19,058 nt of DNA from Promethearchaeota archaeon (GCA_048941265.1 JBHLNT010000074.1:1-19058), one strand, 5' to 3'; shown: positions 1 to 10,187, counted from the stretch's first letter. Notes: generated by a model from the sequence alone, not told the origin. Made by a program: numbers and translations.

Positions 1-145
1 AATCATTATTTTTGTTGACTATATAAACTATATAGATCTAATAAAATATATAGATAAAATATATAATATATAACGATCCCATTTAATAAAAGAATAATAG
101 AATATAATATCTTAAATTAAGACTAGATCAAAGAGGAGGTTTTAT

Positions 146-1186
146 TTGTTTCATATCGAGACAAGAAAGGTACAAAAAACGGGAGGCTCATCTTATATTG
201 TTAGCCTCCCAATAGATTGGATTAAATCGCATAATATTCATGAAGTTTTTAATAAAAATGGATATACATTAGGGATAATTTCCCAACCGGATGGAAATTT
301 ATTAATCACTCCTAATCCAAATTCAGAAGAAATTTTAAAAGCAAAAGAAATAAGTGTTGATGACATCGAAGGTTATGACTTTCTATTCCGTATTTTAATT
401 GGAGCATATATAATGGGATATTCAAGAATAATTATAAAATCCAGTAAAAGATTTGAAACTTTTATACGGGATTGTGTGAATAATTTTACTCAAATTGCGA
501 TTGGTCCTGAAATTATAGAAGAGTCTAATCAAATCATTGTGATTAAAGATTTACTTAATCCAAAAGAGATGCCTTTTGAAAAAACAATAAGGCGAATGTA
601 TATCCTTGCGGAGTCGATGCATGAAGATGCCATTGAAGCTTTGAAGACGAAAAATAAGGATTTAGCTGAAGAAATTGTAAAAAGAGACGATGAGATCGAT
701 AGATTGCATTGGTTAATTGGTAGACAGTCTCATATTGTATTGAAAGATATTATTTTATGTCAGAAAATGGGAGTAACTTTACAAGAGGCTAATCAATTTC
801 AAATCTTTAGCAAATTTTTAGAACGGATTGGAGACCATGCAGTAAAAATTGCTAGGAATGTGGCAGAAATAATTGACGAGGATATTAATCAAACTCTTGT
901 CAATGAAATTTCAAAAGCTAGCGAATTTTCCTTAGATTTACTTAATAAGAGCTTAGATGCTTGGTTACAAAAAGATATTCAATTAGCAAATAGTAATATT
1001 GATTTAGTTAAAGATTTGATAAAAATGTGTGAAGTTATTCCCGCAAAAACTGAGAATTTTAACATGGAATCATCCATAGCAATCAGTTATATTGTTGAAA
1101 GTATTAGAAGGACAGGCGAATATGCTTCTGATATCTCAGAAATTATCATTAATAGTTTGATAGAGAAATTAGAAAAGGTTTGCTAA
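146..1186 (+). CDS. phoU: Archaeal phosphate uptake regulator: N-terminal AbrB/SpoVT domain plus PhoU domains
   Basis: N-terminal RKVQKTGGSSYIVSLP (AbrB-like). PhoU repeat motifs RDDEIDRL...LERIGDHA and IRRTGEYASDISE. SD GAGGAGGT just upstream of the TTG start. Confidence 0.9.
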   Translation: MFHIETRKVQKTGGSSYIVSLPIDWIKSHNIHEVFNKNGYTLGIISQPDGNLLITPNPNSEEILKAKEISVDDIEGYDFLFRILIGAYIMGYSRIIIKSSKRFETFIRDCVNNFTQIAIGPEIIEESNQIIVIKDLLNPKEMPFEKTIRRMYILAESMHEDAIEALKTKNKDLAEEIVKRDDEIDRLHWLIGRQSHIVLKDIILCQKMGVTLQEANQFQIFSKFLERIGDHAVKIARNVAEIIDEDINQTLVNEISKASEFSLDLLNKSLDAWLQKDIQLANSNIDLVKDLIKMCEVIPAKTENFNMESSIAISYIVESIRRTGEYASDISEIIINSLIEKLEKVC

Positions 1187-1431
1187 CTTTTTTTAAAAAA
1201 AATTTATTATTTCAATATTTAACACTTTTTCTTATTTGGTTAAATATAAGAATTTAAAATATTATTATGTTGACAGATCGGTTGATTATCTATTTCATTT
1301 AATATGGTAAATATATAAAATATATATACTATATAAGAAACTCCTTAAAGACTAATTGATCTAATTTTAAATAATAACTATTTGAAAAATTATCAAAATT
1401 ACACATTTGATATTCATAGGATTTCAATGAA

Positions 1432-2493
1432 ATGAGTTATTATAAGAGTGAAAACAATGGAAAACTGTTTTTAGCAATTTTTATTTTGGTTCTAGTAATA
1501 TTTACAATTAACCAAATCAATTCTAATCCTATAATTGATGAAAAGGAAGAAGTGGGTTTTTTGAATATAACTGAAGATCTAAAAAATCCTACATTATCTG
1601 ATTTTTGGGATGAAGAAGAGGTTAATTTTATCCATATTAAGAATGATAATTGGTCAGCAATAGAGTTCGATTGGATTCAAAATAAGACAGGAACATGGAA
1701 TGATCCACACGTAATTGAAAATATTACAATTAATGCTGGAAAATACGGAATTGGCATATTAATTGAAGATTCTAGTGAATTTTTCATTATTAATAATTGT
1801 ACGATTTACAACTCAAGTACGGGACAATTTAGCACAGCAGGGATTTATTTAAAAAATGCTAACAATGGAACAATTACCAATAATAAATTATCATATAATA
1901 ATGGTTCAGGGTTGATACTTGATAATTCAGTTAATATCACTATATCAGATAATTATATAACAAATAATAAAGAGGATGGAATTTATGTCATTGGTCAAAG
2001 CAGAAATAATACTTTTCATGATAATGGCATTGTGAATAATACAATTAGAGGCATAGATTTCAATGATACAACTAACTGGAATACTGTTTATAAAAACAAT
2101 TTCACAAATAATGGAATAAACGCTATAGATAATGGTACAAACAACCAGTGGGATAATGGACAAATTGGGAATTACTGGGATGACTATCCTAAATGTGATG
2201 CGAATGGGGATAATATTGGAGATTGGCCCTATGATATCCCAGGTAAAGCAGGAGCTCAAGATAAATATCCAATTTGTTATAAAAAATGTGTATTTGCTCA
2301 AAGAGAAGCAAAAAGTAAGATTGTAGAAGAGAATGAAGAAGTGATTGCTGCAGCTAACGAATTCGTAGAATTTTTATTAGATAATCTTGGATTATATGCA
2401 ACATGGGCAATTATTATTGAAATAATAATTGGAGTTGTAATAGTCGTAAATAAGAAAAGAAAGAGTAATATTTCAGAAGAAAGATTTTGGTAA
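1432..2493 (+). CDS. Membrane-anchored NosD/CASH-type right-handed parallel beta-helix protein
   Basis: N-terminal hydrophobic signal/TM, GTWNDPHVIEN, Asn-rich PbH1 repeats (GIYL..NNGTITNN), GNYWDDY and D.NGD.IGD.PY motifs, C-terminal TM followed by a KKRK tail. Confidence 0.8.
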   Translation: MSYYKSENNGKLFLAIFILVLVIFTINQINSNPIIDEKEEVGFLNITEDLKNPTLSDFWDEEEVNFIHIKNDNWSAIEFDWIQNKTGTWNDPHVIENITINAGKYGIGILIEDSSEFFIINNCTIYNSSTGQFSTAGIYLKNANNGTITNNKLSYNNGSGLILDNSVNITISDNYITNNKEDGIYVIGQSRNNTFHDNGIVNNTIRGIDFNDTTNWNTVYKNNFTNNGINAIDNGTNNQWDNGQIGNYWDDYPKCDANGDNIGDWPYDIPGKAGAQDKYPICYKKCVFAQREAKSKIVEENEEVIAAANEFVEFLLDNLGLYATWAIIIEIIIGVVIVVNKKRKSNISEERFW

Positions 2494-2599
2494 AAAACAG
2501 ATATTCTTTTTTTCTCATTTTTTGAATTTTTTTGACAATGTTTTAATTTTCATTTTAGCGATTTATATTAGAAATAATTCAGGTTTAAAGTTTCTTTAG

Positions 2600-3703
2600 T
2601 TATTTCTTAAGACTTCTAATATACTGATAAATCAATTCAGCAGCGGCTTCTATACCACTAAGAGTACTAATTTCCGGTACATTATGACTGAATTTAACAG
2701 GAATTCCGATTAGAGCCGAGGGAATTCCTAACCATTTCTGTGTTTTTCCAGCATCAGAACCATAACTTTCAAATACACCATTTTGAAATACGATCTTATT
2801 TTTTTCTGCAACATTAGCCAAATCTTTACAAAATTCATAATCATAGATTCCTTTTCCAAGGCTATCTTGCCACACAATGACCGGTCCGTCATTCAATTTA
2901 ATATCTGAATTCACGCTTTTCGGTTCTGCTACTAACCCGATATCAATACCAATTACTTTGTCAATGGGATTGTTTTTAACAAAAAACAAGGCACCTTCGG
3001 TTCCAATTTCCTCCCTTGTCGTGGCAACAATATAGACATCATAGGGCACTTTAATAGTCCCGAACTCATTTCCTAGATTTCTTACAATTTTTTCTGCTAA
3101 TACGATATTACAAGTTAAGGCGGCTAAATTATCCATCGAATATCCAGCAATGATATCATCATTAATTTCAGGATTTAGCAATCCAAATTCCCCGGAGAAT
3201 ATTATAGGGGCACCTATATGTATCTTATACTCATTTAACACTTCTTCTTTATTGTTTGCGCCAATATAAACTTCCAATTCAAGAGGATCAATTAATTCCT
3301 TACCTTTTAATTTACTAGGAGTTGAGTGAGTTGACCTACCAGCAATTACTCCATTAATCCATACCCCTTCTTTATTTAAAATCTGAATTTTTTGTGAAAC
3401 GAGCCATCTTCCCTCGTAGCCACCTCGTTTTGAAAATTCTAAGGTTCCTTTTTTCTTAATTCTTCTTACAGTCCCTCCAATTTCATCAATGTGAGATAAT
3501 ATAGCTAGTGCTTTTTTTCCAGTAGTGCCCTTAAATCGAACATAATAATTTCCCAAGTTATCAGTTTTTACAGGGATTTCTTTATCCATTAGGAGTTTTT
3601 CAACTTCACTTTTGAATAATTCTCCGCGAGCTTTTTCCATTCCCGAGGGAGCTCTAGCGGATGCCAAGTTTTTAATAATGCTTAGGATGTCTTTTTTATT
3701 CAA
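2600..3703 (-). CDS. M42 family metallopeptidase (TET/Frv-like aminopeptidase)
   Basis: APSGME, SHIDEIG, SMDN, REEIG, GIDIG, GSDAG and FSHNVPE metal-binding/catalytic motifs in M42 order. Confidence 0.88.
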   Translation of the reverse strand: MNKKDILSIIKNLASARAPSGMEKARGELFKSEVEKLLMDKEIPVKTDNLGNYYVRFKGTTGKKALAILSHIDEIGGTVRRIKKKGTLEFSKRGGYEGRWLVSQKIQILNKEGVWINGVIAGRSTHSTPSKLKGKELIDPLELEVYIGANNKEEVLNEYKIHIGAPIIFSGEFGLLNPEINDDIIAGYSMDNLAALTCNIVLAEKIVRNLGNEFGTIKVPYDVYIVATTREEIGTEGALFFVKNNPIDKVIGIDIGLVAEPKSVNSDIKLNDGPVIVWQDSLGKGIYDYEFCKDLANVAEKNKIVFQNGVFESYGSDAGKTQKWLGIPSALIGIPVKFSHNVPEISTLSGIEAAAELIYQYIRSLKK

Positions 3704-3886
3704 TGAACATTCACACTTTTCTTATTTCTTTTAATGTAATTTTGTGAAAATTTATATTTATAATTTAACAGATTATAGATAGAATAAAAAATTTTTACGA
3801 ATCTAATGCCTATATAAATAGGAATAAATTCATAAAATCCATAGATTTTTCAATACTATGGTTTGAATTAAAAATATTATTTATAA

Positions 3887-4327
3887 TTGATCAAAATGGA
3901 AGATGGTCTTTTAAAAGAATTACTCAATGTTGAGGATTCCATTGAATTAAAAGTAAGATTTAATGATATAGACGCTATGGGAGTAGTCCATTTCAAAAAA
4001 TATTTGGAATATTTTGATGATGGTTTTATAAGTTTTATGAATAATATACAAGATCCTCTAGCCGCTGAAAACCTACTTAAAAGTGGAATTGTATTTCCTG
4101 TCAAAAAAGTTAATATAGAATATGAAATATCTGCTGAATTTGGAGATCATGTAATCGTAAAAACACATATAAAAAATATTGGAGAAACATCGATTTCTTT
4201 TTTTCATGATATTTATCGTGAATCTGATAATGCTTTATTAGCGAAAATAATATGTGATAGATATATAATGGACTTAAAATCTAATAAATTAATTAATGTC
4301 AAGCAATTTTTTAGTAAATTTGTTTAA
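3887..4327 (+). CDS. Acyl-CoA thioesterase, 4HBT/YbgC hotdog family
   Basis: VRFNDIDAMGVVHFKKYLEYFD matches the YbgC/4HBT signature; length 146 aa. Confidence 0.88.
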   Translation: MIKMEDGLLKELLNVEDSIELKVRFNDIDAMGVVHFKKYLEYFDDGFISFMNNIQDPLAAENLLKSGIVFPVKKVNIEYEISAEFGDHVIVKTHIKNIGETSISFFHDIYRESDNALLAKIICDRYIMDLKSNKLINVKQFFSKFV

Positions 4328-4372
4328 ATAAATCTAAGCAATGAGTAAAAAAATTAATAGAACGAGCTAATA

Positions 4373-5026
4373 TCACGCATTTTTGGGAGGAATAATTCTA
4401 TTGATTAATTGTCTTCCGCATTCAGTAAAACTTCGATAAACGTTTTTTCTCATATCATATAGAGCACAAGTCTCATAAATTATAGGATTATAATTATGTA
4501 ATTCATTACCAAGTTCAAACCAAAGTCCCTCATCTTTAAGGACTTGTAAAAATTCTGCCTCCCCGATAACATCTTTGAGATCTTGTTTATTCAACATCAC
4601 AATCAAAGGGAGTTCTTTTATTAATTTACCTTTTGCGATATTTTTTAATTCTTTTAATGCTTCAATGTTATCTTCAAAAAATTTAGTCTGGGAATCAACA
4701 ACTAAAATAACTCCATCCGTTCCAAGAAAGATTTTCTCTCTTAAAGCGGAAAAGCTACTTTGCCCGGCAACTGTCCAAATGTGATAAAAAACTTGTCTTT
4801 GTTTTTTAGATTGAAAAACACCTCTGTCAAAATATAGAGTAGCTCCGCTTGCTCTCTCAATCTTTGTTAGAGTCCCCACTGGAATAACATCCTTGTTTTG
4901 TTCTTTTGTTAATCGATACAGGGTATCAACTATGGTTGTCTTTCCAGAACTATGCATCCCCCAGTAGAGGATTTTTATATATATTTTATTATCTTCCGTT
5001 ATTTGAACCAAATTATACCTCACCAA
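4373..5026 (-). CDS. Small GTPase, MglA/Arf-like (probable true start TTG at 5011)
   Basis: G1 GMHSSGKTT, switch I TLYFD, MglA-type G3 TVAGQ, G4 NKQD, G5 TCAL. SD-like GGTGAGG lies 6 nt before the TTG at 5011. Confidence 0.88.
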   Translation of the reverse strand: MVRYNLVQITEDNKIYIKILYWGMHSSGKTTIVDTLYRLTKEQNKDVIPVGTLTKIERASGATLYFDRGVFQSKKQRQVFYHIWTVAGQSSFSALREKIFLGTDGVILVVDSQTKFFEDNIEALKELKNIAKGKLIKELPLIVMLNKQDLKDVIGEAEFLQVLKDEGLWFELGNELHNYNPIIYETCALYDMRKNVYRSFTECGRQLINRIIPPKNA

Positions 5027-5268
5027 TTGGGGACAAAAGTTTCGAGGAGACCATTAACTTTTTGATGATAATGGGCTTTTTGGTTTTACACTCCTCATAT
5101 CTAATTGTACAATAATAATCAATCTTAGATATAATTAATATTGCTCTCTGATATTTATAACTTATTCTTTAAGAAATTAGATATTTCTCATTTAGAATCG
5201 TTGAAATATTTTTCATAGAACTCAATAATTTTGACAATCCTTTATAAGCTTATAAAAAAGAAAGAGAT

Positions 5269-6378
5269 TTAATTCGTCGTGATTTTCGGGGGTGGAACAT
5301 ATACTTCTCTATTTCCAGTTCTCTTTAAATTAATAGCACTCTCAGGACAATGATGAGCACACACCCCACATCCAATACATTTATTTATATCGACAACAGC
5401 AATGGTATCTTCTAAATCTATTGCTTCCATGGGACATTTTTCAACACAGGTTCCGCAACCTATACATTCTGAATCATTTACTTGTGCTAAATAACTGGTA
5501 TAACAATGATATGGTGAGATCCCTCCATAGTACATTTGAAAAATACCGCAACAACATTTACAACAATTACAGATTGCTTCTTCTTCTAATTCTGGTTTTA
5601 AATGTACATGAAACGCCTTATGTACAAGTCCCTCATCTTCAGATAATTTTAAAATCCTTTTTGCTTCATCTTTGCCGATGGGTTCTCCAAATTTATGCTC
5701 AATTACAAACTGTGCACTTTTACCAAATAATAGGCAGTTTGTCCTTTCTTGCGTGATTTTACATGGATCATCTAAAAGATCTTTTTCATGTCGACAATAA
5801 CAATGAGTATAAGCAATATCTTCATATTTATCTATGATTTTTGACACTTCTTCATATGGAAGGATTTGTTCTTCTGGAAGTTCTTCAATTTTCTCTTCAA
5901 CAGGGACAATTCGAGTTACAGGTGGAAAATTTTTAAATCCTTTCACAACAGTTTCATAGTTTTTCTGTGTCACCTCACTCATTCCTCTAAATAATTTGTC
6001 GAACGCTTTTGCTAATTTTTTTTGTTTCTCTCCTGTTTCTCCCCTATTTAATGTATATTCAAACATTCCAGGGAAAGGACCAAGAAGGCGATAAACTTTT
6101 ATCCCTGTTCTTCTACTAGTTGTACCAACTACAATTCCACCATCCATTAAATCATTTAACATCGTATTTAAGGAAGTATCATCCAAATCAATCTTTTCTT
6201 TTACTTGATCAATGCTTAAGCTTGGTTTTCTATTAAATACTTTAATAATAAATTGAGCTTGTGGTTCTGTCATTATTATTTGTAATAATTCAATAAGATT
6301 CTCATTAATTGGCATTGGCATTTGACCTGCTTTAGCAACAGTTCTTGCTGCTTTATACCATAATTGCTCCTCAGACAT
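5269..6378 (-). CDS. 4Fe-4S dicluster ferredoxin-domain protein with extra Cys cluster
   Basis: C-terminal CIGCGTCVEKCP and CIGCGVCAHHCP; central CYCRH and ICNCCKCCC motifs. Confidence 0.88.
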   Translation of the reverse strand: MSEEQLWYKAARTVAKAGQMPMPINENLIELLQIIMTEPQAQFIIKVFNRKPSLSIDQVKEKIDLDDTSLNTMLNDLMDGGIVVGTTSRRTGIKVYRLLGPFPGMFEYTLNRGETGEKQKKLAKAFDKLFRGMSEVTQKNYETVVKGFKNFPPVTRIVPVEEKIEELPEEQILPYEEVSKIIDKYEDIAYTHCYCRHEKDLLDDPCKITQERTNCLLFGKSAQFVIEHKFGEPIGKDEAKRILKLSEDEGLVHKAFHVHLKPELEEEAICNCCKCCCGIFQMYYGGISPYHCYTSYLAQVNDSECIGCGTCVEKCPMEAIDLEDTIAVVDINKCIGCGVCAHHCPESAINLKRTGNREVYVPPPKITTN

Positions 6379-6587
6379 TTTTTATCCTTTATTTAGTAAT
6401 TTTCGAAATTAAAATTGTTGCCATAATAAAATAAGCATAATTTAATTATCTTATGTAAGAGTTTAGTAAGAAAATAATAGAATTCAGTCGGACTTGAAAA
6501 ACCAAAAGTAAATTAAGTTTAAAAATACATACATCTAATATTTAAAAAACAAATTCGATTTTTTAAAAAATATTTTAGGTATTTAAT

Positions 6588-7979
6588 ATGGAGAATATTG
6601 TACATTCAAAAAGTAGTATGGCATCCTATGGATGTGCTAAAGCATTGAATGAATTTTTCAATATGGCATTTATGGCTTTTGGTTTCTTTTTTTATGAGAC
6701 AGAGATTGGTTTAAACGTCTGGTATGTTGGACTTGGCTTTATCATCTTTGCTATATGGAATGCGATTAATGACCCTCTAGTGGGATATTTAACTGATCGT
6801 CCATTCAAATTTACAAGGAAATTGGGTAGAAGATTTCCATGGATAATGCTCGGAGGAACTTGCTGGATCTTTAGTTATATTCTCATCTTCATTCCACCTA
6901 ATGTCAATCCAAAATCAGGAGCTTGGATCATATTTTCATGGCTCGTTGCTGCTACTTGTCTTTATGATTTATTTGCTTCAATATTTTTTGTGAATTTTGC
7001 CGCTCTTTTCCCTGATAAGTTCCGTTCAGTAGAAGAACGCAGGAAGGTTAACGCGATCGCTACCCCAATAGGAATTTTGGGCATTGTCACTGGAGGAATT
7101 GTACCACCGCTTTTTATTGAATTTGGAAACACCACTTCGTATATTATCCAAGCGGGTATGATGATTATTATTGCTCTCATTATTTTAGCGCTCTCTATTC
7201 CTGGTTGCCGTGATGAAAAAGTAATTGTCGAACGCTACCTCACAACATTTGAAACAAGGAAAGTAGAAGAAGAGTCATTTTTTAAGTCCTTAAGAGTTGC
7301 CATGAAACAAAAATCCTTTGTGTACTTTATCCTTGCATACCTTTGTTATCAAACTACTACAACGCTTATGCAAACATCTGTTTCTTATGTTATACGATTT
7401 ATTTTAAGATTGCCGGCAACTTCCATGATTTTTATAATGTTAGCACTTCTTGTAGGAGCAGTTATTTCTATTCCTATCTGGATATATTTAGCAAATAAGA
7501 CAAATGACAATAGAAAAATAATAATGACCGCTGGAGCATTGATGGTGATAGCTACAGCTCCATTGATATTCCTAGATAATTATATTGCCATTATTATCGC
7601 AATGTTTCTATGGGGTTTATGTTTCGGAGGTTATTGGGTAATGTTAGCACCTGTTTTAGCTGATGTGATTGATGAGTCCGTAGTAAGAACAGGTAAACGC
7701 GAAGAAGGTGTATATAATGGATTTCAGCAATTCTTTGGGCGCCTTTCTTTTCTCTTTTCTGCTCTTTCCATTGCAATAGTTCATACACTCACAGGATTTA
7801 AAGAAGGAGCTAAACCAGAAGCTCAAACTACTCTCGCAATAATCGGAATTCATATCCATTTTGGGTTAATCCCGATGCTTTTTATGATTGTATCTGTTTT
7901 CCTCTTATGGAAAGGGTATGACCTAGTTCCAGAAAAAGTAAAAGCCAATCAAGAAAAAATCAAGGAAATGGGTCTTTAA
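6588..7979 (+). CDS. MFS transporter, glycoside-pentoside-hexuronide (MelB/GPH) family
   Basis: About 12 hydrophobic segments; WNAINDPLVGYLTD, GRRFPW, LADVIDE and KREEGVY motifs. Confidence 0.9.
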   Translation: MENIVHSKSSMASYGCAKALNEFFNMAFMAFGFFFYETEIGLNVWYVGLGFIIFAIWNAINDPLVGYLTDRPFKFTRKLGRRFPWIMLGGTCWIFSYILIFIPPNVNPKSGAWIIFSWLVAATCLYDLFASIFFVNFAALFPDKFRSVEERRKVNAIATPIGILGIVTGGIVPPLFIEFGNTTSYIIQAGMMIIIALIILALSIPGCRDEKVIVERYLTTFETRKVEEESFFKSLRVAMKQKSFVYFILAYLCYQTTTTLMQTSVSYVIRFILRLPATSMIFIMLALLVGAVISIPIWIYLANKTNDNRKIIMTAGALMVIATAPLIFLDNYIAIIIAMFLWGLCFGGYWVMLAPVLADVIDESVVRTGKREEGVYNGFQQFFGRLSFLFSALSIAIVHTLTGFKEGAKPEAQTTLAIIGIHIHFGLIPMLFMIVSVFLLWKGYDLVPEKVKANQEKIKEMGL

Positions 7980-7998
7980 ATAAAAACTTAATATCTAA

Positions 7999-8020
7999 AT
8001 CTTTTTTTTTCTCTTTTTCC
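7999..8020 (+). terminator. Oligo-T archaeal terminator candidate after the MFS gene
   Basis: T-rich tract (cttttttttt ctctttttcc) about 20 nt after the stop codon. Confidence 0.4.
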
Positions 8021-8140
8021 TTATAAATTATTAACTATATTAAGTAAAAAAATATATTTTCTAGGATTAATATTAAAAAGATGCTATTATAATGGTTCAA
8101 TTTAATTTAACCGTTCAAAAAAATATTAGTTTGAGATACT

Positions 8141-9202
8141 ATGAGATATATTGAATATCAAATTGTTATAGGGGATTCCCCCCCTGGAGTAATGCTTAAT
8201 GATTTAAGAAATTTAGCGCATGTTGAATATTATGTATCAGATGAAATACCTACTGAAAAGGATATTGAACAAAATCAAAAGGCTTTATTTCCGAAAGGTA
8301 TTATCCACCACCTTCCCCAAGAGAGTTATGTTTGGAATTTTTCATTAGTGTATAGGGAAGAAAATTTTGATATAATCAAATGGAAAACTTCATTTGCTTG
8401 GAAAACAATCGATAAAACTGGTGATTACAATCAAATTGAAGCTAATAAGGCTTTATTTATTGGAGCCACTGCAGGAATATTTTTTATTATGATAGATGAG
8501 GAAATTTATGAGAATTTTAATAAACTTGCAGATATGATGGACATTTTTATAGAAAAAACTGATGAAAATGCCCCATTTATAGTATACGGATTGATTGAAA
8601 ACAAGCAAAAAGTTGCGGAATTAAAGGAAAATGAAGAATTATTAAAAAATGTAGCAGATGTTAAAAAATGGGTTACCACTCACAAAGGTGAATTTCGTAT
8701 GGAAATTTTAAAAGAGATTAAATCTAATCCAATATCTCTTATCAATGATTATTCTCATTTTATTCTTACAGCACGAAAATCCTATTATCCTAAGCTTAAA
8801 TTAGGTGAAGTTCATTATTTAGATTATGATGATTTAATCGCATGGAAAGGAATTGAAAATTCATTAGTAGAGCATACTGATAAAAATCAAACAATTGATC
8901 AACTAATTTTTAACTATTTAAAAAATATTGATTTCCAAGAGGAAAAAATTGAAACCATTACTGCCGTGAAACTCCAAGATGATAAACAACCTCTAAAAGA
9001 TGTTATCGAACCTCGTCCCTTAAAAATGAAGAAAATCATTAAAGAAATTCAAAAAACAATTAGACGAACTTGCCCCAATTGTGGAAATAACAATCGTAAA
9101 ATGATTCGTGAAGTAATAGATAGAGAGAATATTATTATGGAAAATCCCAATGTCTATGGTTTGAAGTTTACGTGCGGTAAATGTGGTTTCGAGTGGAAAT
9201 AA
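8141..9202 (+). CDS. Hypothetical protein: probable degenerate small-GTPase-like fold plus C-terminal Zn ribbon
   Basis: IVIGDSPPGV in a P-loop-like position; ALFIGATAGIFFI...ENFNKL...APFIVYG follows the Rab beta4-alpha3-beta5 pattern. C-terminal CPNC...CGKC zinc ribbon. Confidence 0.6.
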   Translation: MRYIEYQIVIGDSPPGVMLNDLRNLAHVEYYVSDEIPTEKDIEQNQKALFPKGIIHHLPQESYVWNFSLVYREENFDIIKWKTSFAWKTIDKTGDYNQIEANKALFIGATAGIFFIMIDEEIYENFNKLADMMDIFIEKTDENAPFIVYGLIENKQKVAELKENEELLKNVADVKKWVTTHKGEFRMEILKEIKSNPISLINDYSHFILTARKSYYPKLKLGEVHYLDYDDLIAWKGIENSLVEHTDKNQTIDQLIFNYLKNIDFQEEKIETITAVKLQDDKQPLKDVIEPRPLKMKKIIKEIQKTIRRTCPNCGNNNRKMIREVIDRENIIMENPNVYGLKFTCGKCGFEWK

Positions 9203-9278
9203 TTCTTTAATGCAAAAAATTTTTGAAAGCTTTTGAATCTCTATAAAACGTGGATTAAATAGTTCTAGTTGCACATCA

Positions 9279-10016
9279 TTAAGGTTTAAATCTCCAGAAT
9301 CGATTCATCTGACCGTAATAGTCAAATAATGCATCTATACCCCTAATTTTAAGGTCAGTGTTGAGGCAAATTTTATTATGAAGAGCTCCTTCAGCAGGTA
9401 TCGCGGCAATCTCAGTAGCCAGTTTGTTAACTTCTTCTTCAAGTTTATCTCGAGGAACACTTATACTCACAAGTCCTATTTGTTCAGCTTCTTTTCCATT
9501 TATTCTTCTACCACTCATTAAAAGGTAACGTGCTTTTTTGACACCTAAATAAAGTTGCCAAAGAGGCATGCTTTGAGCCCCGCCCCATAACTGGGCAGGG
9601 TGTCCTAATATAGCATCTTCTGCCGCTACAGAGATATCGCATAGAAGCTGAAGATAACATCCCGCATCTGTACAATAACCATGAATTTGAGCTATAGTTG
9701 GTTTTGGGAAATTGAATATTCGTGGATATTTCGCATAAATTTTTTTATTTAGTATCTCATAGGAATTTTTATATTTCCAACCTCCTTCAGGTGGTATGAT
9801 ATAGTAGGATTCCTTAAGATCAAAACCTGAGCAAAAACTTTTACCGGCACCCTTTAACACTATTACTTTTGCCTTATTATCTGCTTCGGCATGATCAAAA
9901 ACGGCGTCTATGTCATCAAGTAACTGATAACTCAGAGCATTATGTTTTTCTGGTCTATTTAAAGTTATATATCCAATTTTCTTTTTTGATTCATAAAGAA
10001 CAGTTTCAAACTCCAT
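9279..10016 (-). CDS. Enoyl-CoA hydratase/isomerase (crotonase) family protein
   Basis: ITLNRPEKHNAL, FCSGFDL, PKPTIAQIHGYC, EAEQIGLV. SD GGGTGA precedes ATG at 10016; the ORF track extends to 10052. Confidence 0.88.
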   Translation of the reverse strand: MEFETVLYESKKKIGYITLNRPEKHNALSYQLLDDIDAVFDHAEADNKAKVIVLKGAGKSFCSGFDLKESYYIIPPEGGWKYKNSYEILNKKIYAKYPRIFNFPKPTIAQIHGYCTDAGCYLQLLCDISVAAEDAILGHPAQLWGGAQSMPLWQLYLGVKKARYLLMSGRRINGKEAEQIGLVSISVPRDKLEEEVNKLATEIAAIPAEGALHNKICLNTDLKIRGIDALFDYYGQMNRFWRFKP

Positions 10017-10187
10017 TTTATCACCCATTATTTTTTTATTTATAACTAACATTATCTCTCAACATATTTAAAAATTTGACAAACAGAAAGAGAATGATTG
10101 GATTATGAAATGGAAAAAAATTAGTATTCAAAAAATTTTTAAAAGTTAATTAATGATTAAGCTCACACTTTTTTAAAACTTATATTA

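Noticed and set aside
1945-2326. ORFs 1945-2301(-) and 2132-2326(+)
   Set aside because: Lie inside the beta-helix gene; shadow frames with no motifs.
5027-5098. N-terminal extension of the GTPase by readthrough of the uORF stop
   Set aside because: The stop is TAA rather than a recodable TGA/TAG, and the GTPase has its own SD and start.
3877-5756. ORFs 3877-4104(-), 4575-4784(+), 4906-5115(+), 5421-5756(+)
   Set aside because: Antisense overlaps of well-supported genes.
6962-9274. ORFs 6962-7180, 7594-7788, 7656-7859 and 9020-9274 on the minus strand
   Set aside because: Antisense to the MFS transporter or the Zn-ribbon gene; no independent support.
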